A stretch of 59,128 bases of DNA, counting the filler. It is 4 parts of 4 records of this genome, joined end to end, with 100 filler letters (N's around TTAATTAATTAA, not from the genome) between each part and the next. Parts side by side here need not be neighbours in the genome. Positions count along the whole stretch, not along the records: positions 26,090 to 49,830 come from SRR22947727_1211; positions 49,931 to 59,128 come from SRR22947727_1213; 2 more parts are not named here. One strand, written 5' to 3'. The position numbers and the translations under genes were made by a program. Positions 48,871 to 59,128 of the stretch are shown one piece after another (positions within the stretch are counted from its first letter, which is position 1; every line of letters starts with the position of its first letter). The notes under the pieces were generated by a model. That model did not search any database and was not told the DNA's origin. It saw only the letters and a list, made by a program, of their open reading frames with translations.

Positions 48871-49375
48871 TAGCTGGCTCTAAATATTTTGTATCTGCCC
48901 CTGCAATTCTTAGCAACTCTGCATCGGACAATCTTTCCAACTGTTCTACTTTATCCACATTGATATTTATTTGCGTTGCGTTCTCAGGCATAAATAGACC
49001 GTGGAGCTTGCACAACGAATCGACAACATTTTTTTCTTCAGTCGCGGTCGCCGATTTACGGTGCGCTTCTAAATACATTCCCGTTGCTGTGTTTTTATCA
49101 AACTTAACTTCTTCACGCATTTCATTACGTAAATAGGCCAGAGCTTTTTGTAATTTTTCTGTTTTAAATAAAGAGTAAACACGGTCTACATCTCTATAGC
49201 CCGCAGCTCTTCCAGCGGCAGCTTTTGTCATACCGCGTAAATGAAATAACACCAACCTTTCTTCTTGAACAGAAAGCTCGTTTAAGTGTAATCCGGCATA
49301 AGGTAGGTGGGATTGAAACTCCGCTCTATCCTGTTCGGTTATTTCTGTAGGTCTGTCTTCGTCTAATAAACGCAT
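48854..49375 (-). CDS. Terminase small subunit (probable)
   Basis: HTH-like AAAGRAAGY, L.KLHGL, C-terminal LERLSDAEL; immediately upstream of terL. Confidence 0.7.
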   Translation of the reverse strand: MRLLDEDRPTEITEQDRAEFQSHLPYAGLHLNELSVQEERLVLFHLRGMTKAAAGRAAGYRDVDRVYSLFKTEKLQKALAYLRNEMREEVKFDKNTATGMYLEAHRKSATATEEKNVVDSLCKLHGLFMPENATQININVDKVEQLERLSDAELLRIAGADTKYLEPANDAKD

Positions 49376-49390
49376 GTAAATGGAATTATA

Positions 49391-49830
49391 TTAGTATTCT
49401 TCTCTATTTGTCACGATATTCTTGCACCACCAATAGAGCTCGTGATCATCGAGCACATGTTTCATGATGTTAACTCGATAACAAACTAGCTGTAAATTCA
49501 TTTTAGTATATGGACCGTCGGGCTGGATTCGGTCAACGCTGGCATTAAAATCATGGTAGCCCCCACCTTTTCTCCACGTCATAATATTATTGGACAACGC
49601 ACAACGGCCGCCTTGTTCTTCCCACAATTCAAAAAGATCTTCTGGCACAAGGTCCCATTCACAAGTGTCTTTTCGCTTGTTTTTTAGACTGTTGAAGATG
49701 TGCCGTAGAAAACGCTCGGGGTCCCCGCTCGATCTCCGTTGTCGAAGGTCGACGGTACACGCTTTGCAAACATTACGGGGGTAAGTACCATTTCCAGATT
49801 TCAATTTCTCTTGAACAAATCTAGAAAGAT
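49391..49830 (-). CDS. Zn-binding HNH/His-Me-type endonuclease-like protein (5' truncated)
   Basis: CKAC; W..Q.GRCALS; SVDRI....Y...N.QLVC..VN.MK; frame stays open to the contig edge. Confidence 0.7.
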
Positions 49831-49930
49831 NNNNNNNNNNNNNNNNNNNNNNNNNNNNNNNNNNNNNNNNNNNNTTAATTAATTAANNNNNNNNNNNNNN
49901 NNNNNNNNNNNNNNNNNNNNNNNNNNNNNN
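49831..49930. other. Artificial contig spacer
   Basis: N44-TTAATTAATTAA-N44. Confidence 0.98.
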
Positions 49931-49931
49931 G

Positions 49932-50591
49932 GGTCTGCCGATCATCGAGACCAAGGCGAACGACGTCTCGGCGTTCATTCCGACGAACGTCATCTCCATC
50001 ACTGACGGCCAGTGCTTCTTGGAGTCCGATCTGTTCAACTCCGGTGTGCGCCCAGCCATCAACGTCGGTATCTCCGTTTCCCGTGTGGGTGGCTCAGCGC
50101 AGCCGAAGGCCATGAAGAAGGTGGCCGGCCAATTGCGTTTGAACCTCGCACAGTTCCGCGAGTTGGAGGCCTTCGCCGCTTTCGGCTCAGACCTCGACGC
50201 CGCGTCGAAGGCACAACTCGGGCGCGGTTCCCGCCTCGTCGAACTGCTCAAGCAGGCGCAGTACGAGCCGCAGGCCATGGAGCGTGAGGTCATTTCCGTG
50301 TGGGCGGGAACGACGGGCAGGCTGGATGACGTCCCGGTCGAGGACATCCGTCGCTTCGATGCCGAGTTCTTGGACTACGTCGAGCGCAACAAGACGGAGA
50401 TTCTCGATGCAATTCGCAGCACCTCCGACTTGTCAGACGACACCGTCAGCGTGCTGGAATCCACCATCGAGGAGTTCAAGCGTCAGTTCTCCACCTCCTC
50501 TGGCCAACTGCTGGTCAACGACGAGCCGGTAGAGGCCCTCGAGGACGAAGACATCGATCCAACACAGATCACTCGGTCGGTACGGGGCTAG
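49932..50591 (+). CDS. atpA: F1 ATP synthase alpha subunit (3' part)
   Basis: [54 protein letters not shown]. Confidence 0.97.
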   Translation, partial: GLPIIETKANDVSAFIPTNVISITDGQCFLESDLFNSGVRPAINVGISVSRVGGSAQPKAMKKVAGQLRLNLAQFRELEAFAAFGSDLDAASKAQLGRGSRLVELLKQAQYEPQAMEREVISVWAGTTGRLDDVPVEDIRRFDAEFLDYVERNKTEILDAIRSTSDLSDDTVSVLESTIEEFKRQFSTSSGQLLVNDEPVEALEDEDIDPTQITRSVRG

Positions 50592-50594
50592 TTC

Positions 50595-51500
50595 ATGGGT
50601 GCACAGCTGAGGGTCTTCCGACGACGGATCCGTTCCGTCCAGGCGACCAAGAAGATCACGAAGGCGATGGAGTTGATCGCGTCATCTCGGATCGTCAAAG
50701 CGCAGCAGCGCTTGGACGCATCGATGCCGTACTTGACTCAACTCGTCGACGCGGTTTCCGCAGCTGCCTCGCATGCATCGGACGTCTCCAAGCACCCGTT
50801 GACAGCCACGGCCGATAAGCAGGAGCGGGCCGCCGTGCTCATCATCACCGCTGACCGAGGTCTCGCCGGCGCCTACTCGACCAACAGCATCAAGGAAGGC
50901 GAAGCCCTCACCCGAAACCTGAACGACAAGGGCATGACGGTCCTGCCGTTCGTTGTCGGTCGAAAGGGCGTGTCGTACTACCGCTTCCGCGGTCGGGAGA
51001 TGGGCGGTGAGTACACGGGATTCACCGATCAGCCCAGTTATGCGGACGCCAAACGCATCGGAGAGGACCTGCTGACTGCCTTCCACGGCGATGAAAACCA
51101 GGAGGGGGGAGTCGACGAGATTCACGTCATCTACACCCACTTCGTCAACATGGGTAGCCAGGAGACTCGCGTGCGCCGGATCCTCCCGCTGGAGGTCGTC
51201 GATGAGGTCATCGAGCCGAACGAGTCTGGGATGCCCTTCCCGCTGTACGAGTTCGAGCCCAGTCCGGAGGGTGTCCTCGACGCGCTCCTTCCCCGGTACA
51301 TCGAGCAGATGGTGTACCTGTCCCTGTTGACGTCGGCAGCCTCTGAGCACGCCGCCCGTCGACGAGCCATGAAGTCTGCGACGGATAACGCCGAGGAGCT
51401 CATCCGCTCCTTGACCCGTCAGGCCAACCAGGCCCGCCAGGCGGAGATCACCCAGGAAATCAGCGAGATCGTCGGCGGCGCCGACGCCCTCTCCGCGTAA
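50595..51500 (+). CDS. atpG: F1 ATP synthase gamma subunit
   Basis: [48 protein letters not shown]. Confidence 0.97.
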   Translation: MGAQLRVFRRRIRSVQATKKITKAMELIASSRIVKAQQRLDASMPYLTQLVDAVSAAASHASDVSKHPLTATADKQERAAVLIITADRGLAGAYSTNSIKEGEALTRNLNDKGMTVLPFVVGRKGVSYYRFRGREMGGEYTGFTDQPSYADAKRIGEDLLTAFHGDENQEGGVDEIHVIYTHFVNMGSQETRVRRILPLEVVDEVIEPNESGMPFPLYEFEPSPEGVLDALLPRYIEQMVYLSLLTSAASEHAARRRAMKSATDNAEELIRSLTRQANQARQAEITQEISEIVGGADALSA

Positions 51501-52985
<1,485 letters not shown>

Positions 52986-52987
52986 CC

Positions 52988-53392
52988 GTGGCCGAAGGTT
53001 CCACTCTGGAAGTCGCGGTCGTCTCCGCTGAGCGCCTGCTGTGGCAGGGCGAGGCGAAGTCCGTCGTCGCGAAGACACCGGAGGGTGAGATCGGAATTCT
53101 TCCCGGCCACGAACCGGTGCTGGCGCTGTTGCTGGAGAGTCCGCTGCGCATCGAGGAGTCGGATGGCAACAAGATGATGGTCGCCGTCCACGGCGGTTTC
53201 TTCTCCGTGGATTCCAACAAGGTCAACGTCATTGCCGAGGTCGCCGAGCTCGCCGAGGACATCGACCTCGAGCGAGCCCAAACTGCACTGTCCCGTGCTC
53301 AGGCGGCGGGGGACGAGACCGAGGACCCCTCCGCTCTCAAGCGCGCTGAAACCCGGATCACCGTCGCGGGGACGGGGAAGGGGCTTTCGTAG
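52988..53392 (+). CDS. atpC: F1 ATP synthase epsilon subunit
   Basis: GEIGILPGHEP, VHGGF; GTG start 2 nt after the atpD stop. Confidence 0.95.
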   Translation: MAEGSTLEVAVVSAERLLWQGEAKSVVAKTPEGEIGILPGHEPVLALLLESPLRIEESDGNKMMVAVHGGFFSVDSNKVNVIAEVAELAEDIDLERAQTALSRAQAAGDETEDPSALKRAETRITVAGTGKGLS

Positions 53393-53439
53393 GCGATATC
53401 GCCCGTTCAGTGGTTATCGCCACTATGTGATGCACGACT

Positions 53440-54009
53440 TCAGGAGCGAGCACCCGGCTGCCACAGCACATCATCCCCGGCGTTGGCGGTGCGCGCGAGG
53501 ATAAACAACAGGTCACTGAGCCGGTTCAGATACGTGGCCGTCAGAGGGTTCATGCCCCCGTGGTAGGTGTCTAGGGCCGCCCACGTCGTTCGCTCCGCCC
53601 GTCGAACCACCGTGCGCGCTACATGGAGATAGGCCGCGGTCAGGGTGCCTCCGGGAAGGACGAAGGAGCGCAGCGGCTCGAGTCGCTCGTTGTACTCATC
53701 GCACGCGGTTTCGAGAGTGGAGATATACGCGTCGGTGATGCGCAGCGGCGGGTGCTCGGGCTCATCGATCACCGGGGTGCACAGATCGGCCCCGACATCG
53801 AACAGATCGTTCTGAATGGTCAACAACAGCGCCCGGACGTCGTCATCGAGTCCTGGTTGCGCGAGAACGACGCCCAGAGAGCAATTGGCCTCGTCGACAT
53901 CCGCGTACGCCCGCAACCGGGGATCGTTTTTGCCAGTTCGGCTCATATCGCCGAGGGACGTGGTGCCGTCGTCACCGGTTCGGGTGTAGATCTGCGTCAA
54001 ATTGACCAT
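53440..54009 (-). CDS. pduO: ATP:cob(I)alamin adenosyltransferase, PduO type
   Basis: IYTRTGD.G.T, DEAN, QNDLFD.GADL, FVLPGG, RRAER, YLNRLSD. Confidence 0.93.
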   Translation of the reverse strand: MVNLTQIYTRTGDDGTTSLGDMSRTGKNDPRLRAYADVDEANCSLGVVLAQPGLDDDVRALLLTIQNDLFDVGADLCTPVIDEPEHPPLRITDAYISTLETACDEYNERLEPLRSFVLPGGTLTAAYLHVARTVVRRAERTTWAALDTYHGGMNPLTATYLNRLSDLLFILARTANAGDDVLWQPGARS

Positions 54010-54070
54010 ACCTTGACCCTAGGGCAGGAGGGCCGATGCTGCACTCAGCCGGCGCTCGTACGATTCCCCG

Positions 54071-55360
54071 GTGGAAGCGCACACGGGTGATCAGGGCACC
54101 CTGAGTCTGACCGGTGGGCAGCGGTTGCACGGAAGCGTGTCGGTCCGCGGCGCCAAGAACTCGGTATTGAAGTTGATGGCGGCCGCCTTGCTGGCGCCGG
54201 GAACCTCCACGCTGACGAACGTCCCCGCCATCGTCGATGTCGAGATCATGGCCGAATTGCTCCGCAGGCTGGGGTGCACCGTGACGTGGGACACCATGGC
54301 CGGAGTCGTCGAGATCAAGGTTCCCGAGCGCCTCGACCATCGAGCCGACTATGACCTCGTTCGTCGAATGCGAGCGTCCATCTGCGTCCTCGGGCCGTTG
54401 GTCTCTCGTTGCGGTGAAGCCGATGTCGCGATGCCCGGGGGAGACAACATCGGCTCCCGTGGACTCGATCTTCATATCGAGGGACTTCGTCGGATGGGTG
54501 TCGACGTTGTCAACGAGCACGGTTATCTGGTGGCGACGTCCGCGCAGCTGACCGGCGCGGACGTGTGGCTGGATTTTCCGAGCGTGGGCGCGACCGAGAC
54601 GCTGGTGATGGCCGCAGTCCTCGCTCAAGGTCGGAGCACGATCGACAATGCGGCGCGCGAACCAGAGATCGTCGACATCTGCTCGATGCTCATCGAGATG
54701 GGTGCGCAGATCGACGGTGTGAGCACATCGACCTTGGTGATCGACGGTGTCCCGGAGTTGCACCCGGTGACCCATCGAACGGTGCCGGATCGCATCGTCG
54801 CCGGCACCTGGGCGGTCGCGGCGGCCATAACCCAGGGCCGCGTGGAAGTTCTTGGAGCCGATCCAGCCCATTTGACGCTCGCCTTGGACAAGTTGCGTAG
54901 CGCGGGCGCGAGCATCGAGGAACGCTCCGACGGGTTCGTCGTGGAGATGAGTGATCGCCCGCGGGCGGTCGACATCGTCACGTTGCCGTATCCGGGGTTC
55001 CCCACCGATCTCCAACCCCAGTTCATTGCTCTGAATGCAATAGCCGATGGAGCCGCGCTGGTCACCGAGAACCTCTTTGAGGCGCGTTTCCGTTTCGTCC
55101 GTGAATTAGCGCGCCTTGGAGCCGACGTGCAGACAGACGGCCATCATGCGTTGATTCGAGGACGAACGTCCCTGTCCGGAGCACCGGTGGAAGCCACCGA
55201 CATCCGTGCGGGGGCCGGTCTGGTGCTCGCCGGACTGGTGGCCCAGGGTCGAACGGACGTGTTTGGAGTCGATCACATCGATCGTGGGTACGCGGGGTTG
55301 GTCGAAGACCTGCAGGCCTTGGGGGCCACCGTCACGCGCACGGATGAGCCTCCGTCGTAG
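54071..55360 (+). CDS. murA: UDP-N-acetylglucosamine 1-carboxyvinyltransferase
   Basis: GAKNS, MRAS, PGGD.IGSR (Asp at the catalytic Cys site), [32 protein letters not shown]. Confidence 0.97.
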   Translation: MEAHTGDQGTLSLTGGQRLHGSVSVRGAKNSVLKLMAAALLAPGTSTLTNVPAIVDVEIMAELLRRLGCTVTWDTMAGVVEIKVPERLDHRADYDLVRRMRASICVLGPLVSRCGEADVAMPGGDNIGSRGLDLHIEGLRRMGVDVVNEHGYLVATSAQLTGADVWLDFPSVGATETLVMAAVLAQGRSTIDNAAREPEIVDICSMLIEMGAQIDGVSTSTLVIDGVPELHPVTHRTVPDRIVAGTWAVAAAITQGRVEVLGADPAHLTLALDKLRSAGASIEERSDGFVVEMSDRPRAVDIVTLPYPGFPTDLQPQFIALNAIADGAALVTENLFEARFRFVRELARLGADVQTDGHHALIRGRTSLSGAPVEATDIRAGAGLVLAGLVAQGRTDVFGVDHIDRGYAGLVEDLQALGATVTRTDEPPS

Positions 55361-55414
55361 ACCGAGCCGGTTGGCCACGCCAGGAAAAGATTCCACCGCG
55401 GAGGTGTCGACGAA

Positions 55415-55732
55415 CTACGAAATAAGGGTCTGGCGCGCTCGCTCTTCGTCTTTCGGCCAGACCATCACCCGCGGTCCGTCGAGCGTGTTCGCGAGGTTCG
55501 CCTTGATTCCGGCGTCTTCCAAACGACGCCGCAGAATTTCCCCGTCGATGTAGCTGGGGGGAGAGGCGACGGGGACGAGCACCCCATATTCGTCTTGGCT
55601 CCCGGCCGTGGGTGCGGCGGCCACCACGGACGTCTTGCGAGAGTTGAACGCCCAGCGCAGCACGACCACGAGCACCCCGATCGCCAGGAACGCCACGATC
55701 GGACCGAAAAGGTACGAAAAGGAGTTACTCAC
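55415..55732 (-). CDS. Small actinobacterial membrane protein (DUF2007-like C-terminus)
   Basis: One TM helix, then YG.LVPV and L..AGIKA..V.V..DE..AR; GTG at 55732. Confidence 0.6.
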   Translation of the reverse strand: MSNSFSYLFGPIVAFLAIGVLVVVLRWAFNSRKTSVVAAAPTAGSQDEYGVLVPVASPPSYIDGEILRRRLEDAGIKANLANTLDGPRVMVWPKDEERARQTLIS

Positions 55733-55807
55733 GCTCCCATCGTGCTGCCAGTGACGCACATGCGCCACTCGTCGAGTCGGGGCTGACCGGCCCCGTACGC
55801 TGACGGC

Positions 55808-57850
55808 ATGTCCGACGCGAACGAGGCCGGCAAGCGAGACCGTCCCTGGATGATGCGCACCTACGCTGGCCACTCGTCGGCATCCGCGAGCAATGCCCTG
55901 TTCCGTACGAATCTGGCCAAGGGGCAAACGGGACTGTCCGTTGCCTTCGATCTACCCACGCAGACCGGGTACGACCCGGATTCGCCGATGGCCGCCGGCG
56001 AGGTGGGCAAGGTGGGGGTACCGATCGCGCACCTTGGGGATATGCGCACGCTGTTCCGGGAGATCCCGCTCGACCAGATGAACACGTCCATGACCATCAA
56101 CGCGACGGCCATGTGGCTGTTTGCCCTGTACATCGCGGTGGGCGAAGAGCAGGGCGTCGAGCCGACCCAACTCCAGGGAACAACGCAGAACGACATCGTG
56201 AAGGAATATCTGAGTCGAGGCACATACGTTTTCCCACCGGATCCGTCTCTTCGACTCATCACCGACATGATCGTGTACTCGGTCACCGAAGTGCCGCAGT
56301 GGAATCCGATCAACATCTGCAGTTATCACTTGCAAGAGGCCGGGGCGACCCCAACGCAGGAGGTCGCGTATGCGCTGGCCACCGCGATCGAAGTCCTCGA
56401 TCGAGTCCGTGACACCGATCGCGTGCCGGGCGGGGATTTCGGTTCCGTCGTCAGCCGGATGTCCTTCTTCGTCAACGCGGGAGTGCGTTTCGTCGAAGAG
56501 ATGTGCAAGATGCGCGCATTTGTCGAACTATGGGATTCCATCACGCAGGAGAGGTACGGCGTGGAAGATCCCAAGCAACGGCGATTCCGCTACGGCGTCC
56601 AGGTGAACTCCTTGGGCCTCACCGAGGCGCAGCCGGAGAACAACGTCTACCGCATCATGCTTGAAATGCTCGCGGTGACATTGTCGCGAGACGCCCGTGC
56701 TCGCGCGGTGCAACTGCCCGCGTGGAACGAAGCTCTCGGGTTGCCGCGACCGTGGGATCAGCAATGGTCTCTGCGCATGCAACAGGTTCTCGCCTTCGAG
56801 ACCGACCTGCTTGAGTACGACGATCTTTTCGCCGGATCACCGGTGGTGGAGGCGAAGGTCGCTGACATGGAGTCCCAGGCCCGCGAGGAGCTGCAGCGGG
56901 TGCTCGACATGGGTGGCGCGGTGGCCGCAGTGGAAAACGGCTATATGAAGCAAGAGTTGGTGGGGTCGCTGACGCGCAGACGTGCCCGCATCGAATCTGG
57001 TGAAGACACGATCGTCGGGGTTAACGCGTATCTCTCCAGCGAGCCGAGCCCGTTGCAGATCGAAGGTAAGAACGCTGTGTACATCGTCGATCCTGATGTC
57101 GAAGCCGAGGCCGTTGACAGTCTCAAGCAATGGCGAGCGAATCGCGACTCACTGGCCGTGGAGGCCGCCCTGGAGGAGTTGCACGCGGCTGCAGAGTTGG
57201 GTGATGACATGATGAAACCGACTTTGGCCTGCGCCCGGGCGGGGGTCACCACCGGGGAGTGGGCTTCAGCACTGCGCCGTTCCTTCGGTGAATATCGGGC
57301 GCCGACGGGCATCGATGCGACGGTGGCGTCGGGGGTATCCGCGACGCCGTCGACCAAGGATTCCTCCTCCGACCGGACGTCGATGGCGCGCGTCTCCGCG
57401 CGAGTTCACGAACTCACCGCCTCACGCGGTCGACCGTTCCGGTTCCTCGTCGGTAAGCCGGGCCTCGACGGCCACTCCAATGGCGCCGAGCAGATCGCCG
57501 TACGGGCGCGGGATGCGGGCTTCGAGGTCATCTATCAGGGCATTCGCCTCACCCCCGAGCAGATTGTGGCCGCCGCGGTAGCCGAGGACGTGGATGTTGT
57601 TGGCCTGTCGATCCTCTCCGGATCGCATCGGTCATTGGTGCCGGCGATCTTGCGCGGGCTTGCTGCCGAGGGTGCGGACGACGTCATCGTGGTCGTCGGT
57701 GGAATCATCCCGGCCGAAGACGAGGCGTGGTTGACCGAACAAGGGGTGGCCGAAGTGTTCACCCCCAAGGACTACGACGTCGCCGGCATTTTGGATCGAG
57801 TGGTCGACCACCTTTCGGTGGGTGACGAACGGGTCCCATCCTCGCCGTAA
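55808..57850 (+). CDS. meaA: B12-dependent ethylmalonyl-CoA mutase-like protein (MeaA/Ecm)
   Basis: RPW.MRTYAGHS, NLAKGQTGLSVAFDLPTQTGYD, CSYHLQEAGA, cobalamin-binding GLDGHSNG...SILSG. Confidence 0.9.
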   Translation: MSDANEAGKRDRPWMMRTYAGHSSASASNALFRTNLAKGQTGLSVAFDLPTQTGYDPDSPMAAGEVGKVGVPIAHLGDMRTLFREIPLDQMNTSMTINATAMWLFALYIAVGEEQGVEPTQLQGTTQNDIVKEYLSRGTYVFPPDPSLRLITDMIVYSVTEVPQWNPINICSYHLQEAGATPTQEVAYALATAIEVLDRVRDTDRVPGGDFGSVVSRMSFFVNAGVRFVEEMCKMRAFVELWDSITQERYGVEDPKQRRFRYGVQVNSLGLTEAQPENNVYRIMLEMLAVTLSRDARARAVQLPAWNEALGLPRPWDQQWSLRMQQVLAFETDLLEYDDLFAGSPVVEAKVADMESQAREELQRVLDMGGAVAAVENGYMKQELVGSLTRRRARIESGEDTIVGVNAYLSSEPSPLQIEGKNAVYIVDPDVEAEAVDSLKQWRANRDSLAVEAALEELHAAAELGDDMMKPTLACARAGVTTGEWASALRRSFGEYRAPTGIDATVASGVSATPSTKDSSSDRTSMARVSARVHELTASRGRPFRFLVGKPGLDGHSNGAEQIAVRARDAGFEVIYQGIRLTPEQIVAAAVAEDVDVVGLSILSGSHRSLVPAILRGLAAEGADDVIVVVGGIIPAEDEAWLTEQGVAEVFTPKDYDVAGILDRVVDHLSVGDERVPSSP

Positions 57851-57929
57851 GGCAAACATCGTGAAGGACGTCCGTTCCCACTGTCCGCGCACGTGCGCGC
57901 GTCTCGATGTCTGGCTGTATCGACGTCGA

Positions 57930-58406
57930 TCAGACGTCGGGCAAATTGGTGCAGTACTTCATCGCGGCTGCGTAGAGCACCTGCGTCGCCTGTTCATCGG
58001 TGAGCCCGGTAATCCACGGTTGAGCGTCGGGCGTCTGGTCATTGGCGGCTCGCGATAACTCGATGAAGAAGTTGGCGGTGGACGTGACCTCGAAAGCGTC
58101 ATCAAAATCGGTGCGGCAAAGGGTGTCTTTGCCCATGCGATTGAACGAGCCCCAGAGCTCGTTCGAGCGGATGACGAGATCCTTCGGTTCCAGTTCGATG
58201 ACGGAATCGGGAGTATTGGGGGAGTCGGTCGCCGAGGTATCGAATGACTCATCCGCCAACTCATCGACTAACTCATCCACTGAGTCAGCGGATGAGGTCG
58301 GCGTTGGATCGTCGGCGGCAGCTGGGTCGACGTCCTCGGTCGCACAACCGACGAGGCTGGCCGCGGCGAGAACGACGACGGGCCAGACGTGGAACCGCTG
58401 CATCAC
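57930..58406 (-). CDS. Predicted lipoprotein, function unknown
   Basis: LAAASLVG-C lipobox followed by an acidic low-complexity linker; likely GTG start at 58406. Confidence 0.65.
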   Translation of the reverse strand: MMQRFHVWPVVVLAAASLVGCATEDVDPAAADDPTPTSSADSVDELVDELADESFDTSATDSPNTPDSVIELEPKDLVIRSNELWGSFNRMGKDTLCRTDFDDAFEVTSTANFFIELSRAANDQTPDAQPWITGLTDEQATQVLYAAAMKYCTNLPDV

Positions 58407-58470
58407 CCTCACGATGGTATTGCGCACCCGGTGCCCTGTCTGGTGGAAGCACGGCGGCTAGCCTCGGACG

Positions 58471-59128
58471 GTGCGGATTGTGGTGGCGCGGTGCTCGGTC
58501 GAGTACCAGGGACGGTTGACCACCGAACTGCCGGAGGCGGTGCGGCTGCTCATGATCAAAGGAGACGGCACCCTGCTGATCCACAACGATCGCGGAGGTA
58601 AGCCGCTGAATTGGATGAGCCCGCCGTGCCGGTTGGTCGAAGAAGACATCGATGATGCTGACAGCACCGGTGACGGCGCTACGCGCGACGCTCCGGAAGG
58701 CACGAGGTCCATCTGGACGGTGACGAACAAGGCCGGTGAGCATCTAGTGGTGTACGTGTACGACGTCCAACATGATTCTCAGCACCACCTGGGCCAAGAC
58801 CCCGGTTTGGTGAAGGATGGCGTGGAAGCGCACCTGCAGAAACTCCTGGCCGAACACGTGGAGACCTTCGGTAGTGGCTGGACTCTCGTGCGACGTGAAT
58901 ACCCCACCGCGATCGGGCCGGTCGACCTCTTGTGCCGGGACGAGGAGGGCAAGCCGGTGGCGGTTGAGATCAAAAGGCGCGGTGAAATCGATGGAGTAGA
59001 GCAGCTGTCGCGCTATCTGGAACTGTTGAATCGAGATCCGATACTTGCTCCCGTCTCCGGCGTCTACGCCGCTCAGGAAATCAAACCCCAGGCTCGAACC
59101 CTCGCCGAGGATCGCGGCATCCGCTGCC
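58471..59128 (+). CDS. nucS: Mismatch-specific endonuclease NucS/EndoMS (3' truncated, absent from the ORF track)
   Basis: [66 protein letters not shown]. Confidence 0.95.
   Translation, partial: MRIVVARCSVEYQGRLTTELPEAVRLLMIKGDGTLLIHNDRGGKPLNWMSPPCRLVEEDIDDADSTGDGATRDAPEGTRSIWTVTNKAGEHLVVYVYDVQHDSQHHLGQDPGLVKDGVEAHLQKLLAEHVETFGSGWTLVRREYPTAIGPVDLLCRDEEGKPVAVEIKRRGEIDGVEQLSRYLELLNRDPILAPVSGVYAAQEIKPQARTLAEDRGIRC

Larger units (their letters stand above)
26090..49830 (-). mobile_element. Bacteriophage genome fragment (podovirus-like packaging, head and tail module)
   Basis: Co-oriented terS-terL-portal-scaffold-MCP-adaptor-internal virion-tail fibre genes; no tape measure, sheath or integrase seen. 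Confidence 0.95.

Noticed and set aside
26090..49830. Phage as a prophage integrated between the flanking bacterial regions
   Set aside because: It is bounded by artificial spacers, has no integrase or att site, and the flanks come from different organisms

Overview
This window is not one replicon. It is four unrelated contigs joined by identical 100-nt artificial spacers (N44-TTAATTAATTAA-N44 at 7748-7847, 25990-26089 and 49831-49930). (1) 1-7747 is very AT-rich and probably SAR11/Pelagibacterales-like. It holds a tRNA 3' end, a GIY-YIG nuclease and a surface-glycan cluster with gmd plus a His-type ColD-like dehydratase. (2) 7848-25989 is a mid-GC proteobacterial catabolic region, probably marine gammaproteobacterial (OM60/Halieaceae-like by gene content). 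It carries Rieske oxygenases, SnoaL/NTF2 proteins, a PQQ-haem dehydrogenase, TauD, transporters and a coupled ALDH / atypical dipeptidase / 578-aa unknown / DUF3726-like operon. (3) 26090-49830 is the minus-strand morphogenesis module of a podovirus-like phage: terminases, portal, scaffold, N4-gp56-type capsid, ejection proteins and tail fibre. A multi-hairpin non-coding leader precedes the capsid gene. (4) 49931-59128 is a high-GC actinobacterial region (atpAGDC, pduO, murA, meaA/ecm, nucS) with clear leaderless-promoter signatures. The best novelty candidates are the structured capsid-leader RNA with complementary loops, the uncharacterised four-gene catabolic operon, the Rieske/SnoaL/PQQ cluster and the double-HExxH phage ejection protein. 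Family and taxon calls come from recognising motifs; no database searches were run.
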